Below, in pieces: positions 32,321-33,351 of a stretch of 33,351 bases of DNA. Below the pieces are notes generated by a model, which saw only the letters and a list, made by a program, of their open reading frames with translations, was not told where the DNA came from and did no database searches. Source of the DNA: Octopus sinensis (Eukaryota); NCBI RefSeq assembly GCF_006345805.1, contig NW_021832019.1, positions 1 through 33,351 on the forward strand. The letters are read 5' to 3'. The position numbers and the translations under genes were made by a program. Positions within the stretch are counted from its first letter, which is position 1. The number at the start of each line of letters is the position of its first letter.

Positions 32321-33351
32321 TTATTAATATATATGTGTGTATGTATGTATGTATGTATGTATGTATGTATGTATGTATGTATGTATGTATGTATGTGTAT
32401 GTACGTATACAACGTAATACTTAAAGTGATAAAATATACAGTACAACCTATCAAAGAAAGATTATGTTTGTAACGTATATACAAACATACATGGATAAGG
32501 AGAGAAAGAGAGAGAAAGGGGAGCAGTGTGCAGGGGAGAGAGGAAGAGGAGAAGGGCAAGGAGGACGAAGAGGAGAAGAATGAGGTAAAATCACAGATCA
32601 ATATAAATGGAGAACTAAATGAAACATCGATACGTGTTTTCACTCTCATCGAAAATACGTGACATAGAAGCCTAAAAGGCAAACAAGTCGTATAGATACA
32701 TATGCGTATATTAAAGACCATAATAAAGAAAAACATGGTCAAAAAAGCTTGCTGATTCATATCAACATAACCTGATTGTATAAATATTCCTTAATTGATG
32801 CCTACATTAAGTTTGTCAATAGTAGTGTTTTGTTGTTTTTTTGTCTTGGTAAATTATCTCCGCTTTTGCAAGGTTAGTGTAAGGCAATTTATATCTGTCA
32901 ACATAAACTTGGACAGAGCGTCATAAATGGTAATATGTGTGCGGACCGATCGATGAATAAATAAACCTGTATATACATCTATGATGTGGGTATGTGTGCG
33001 TAAATAAATCTGTGTATATGTGTATATAAATATATGAGTGATATGTGTGTGCCTTTGTATGTGTGCACATATACGAACATATATATGTGATTATTATACA
33101 GACACACCACTCGTATATTATCTATAATATATATATATATATATATAGATATATCTATATAATATACGCAGATATGTAGAATATACATTTCACAATAATG
33201 TTTTGCGTCCGGCGTTCTTTGTATGTATGTATGTATTATGCATGTAGTATGTGTATATATATATTGTGTGTGTGTATACACACATATACATACACAAATA
33301 CACACACAGGGCCTTCGTTCATATTTGTAGATAAGTGTGCGTGCATGGGTG

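Overview
AT-rich, repeat-saturated eukaryotic non-coding DNA. The SINE content and microsatellite load point to an octopus (cephalopod) genome; this is inferred from recalled repeat families, not from a search. No intact protein-coding gene is supportable. Almost every ORF in the track is a translation of a microsatellite or SINE. The only real protein homologies are decayed transposons: a CR1/L2-type LINE ORF2 3' fragment and two IS630-Tc1-mariner transposase remnants. At least four tRNA-derived SINE families are present, in about 25 copies or fragments. Two signals are not explained by the ORF track. (1) Nine type-I hammerhead-ribozyme-like motifs, all with palindromic or near-palindromic stem III, sit in short (TA)n-associated elements resembling Penelope-like pLTR or retrozyme remnants. 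They fall into four core classes: canonical CUGAUGA, a U3-A8 covariant, an extra-A 35-nt minimal form, and a recurrent CUGAUGUA form. (2) One SINE family appears to integrate at AATACC, a motif also present in its own tRNA-derived head, giving nested copies and a 5-unit head-to-tail array inside one 21-bp target-site duplication. All folds and alignments were done by eye and need computational and experimental confirmation.
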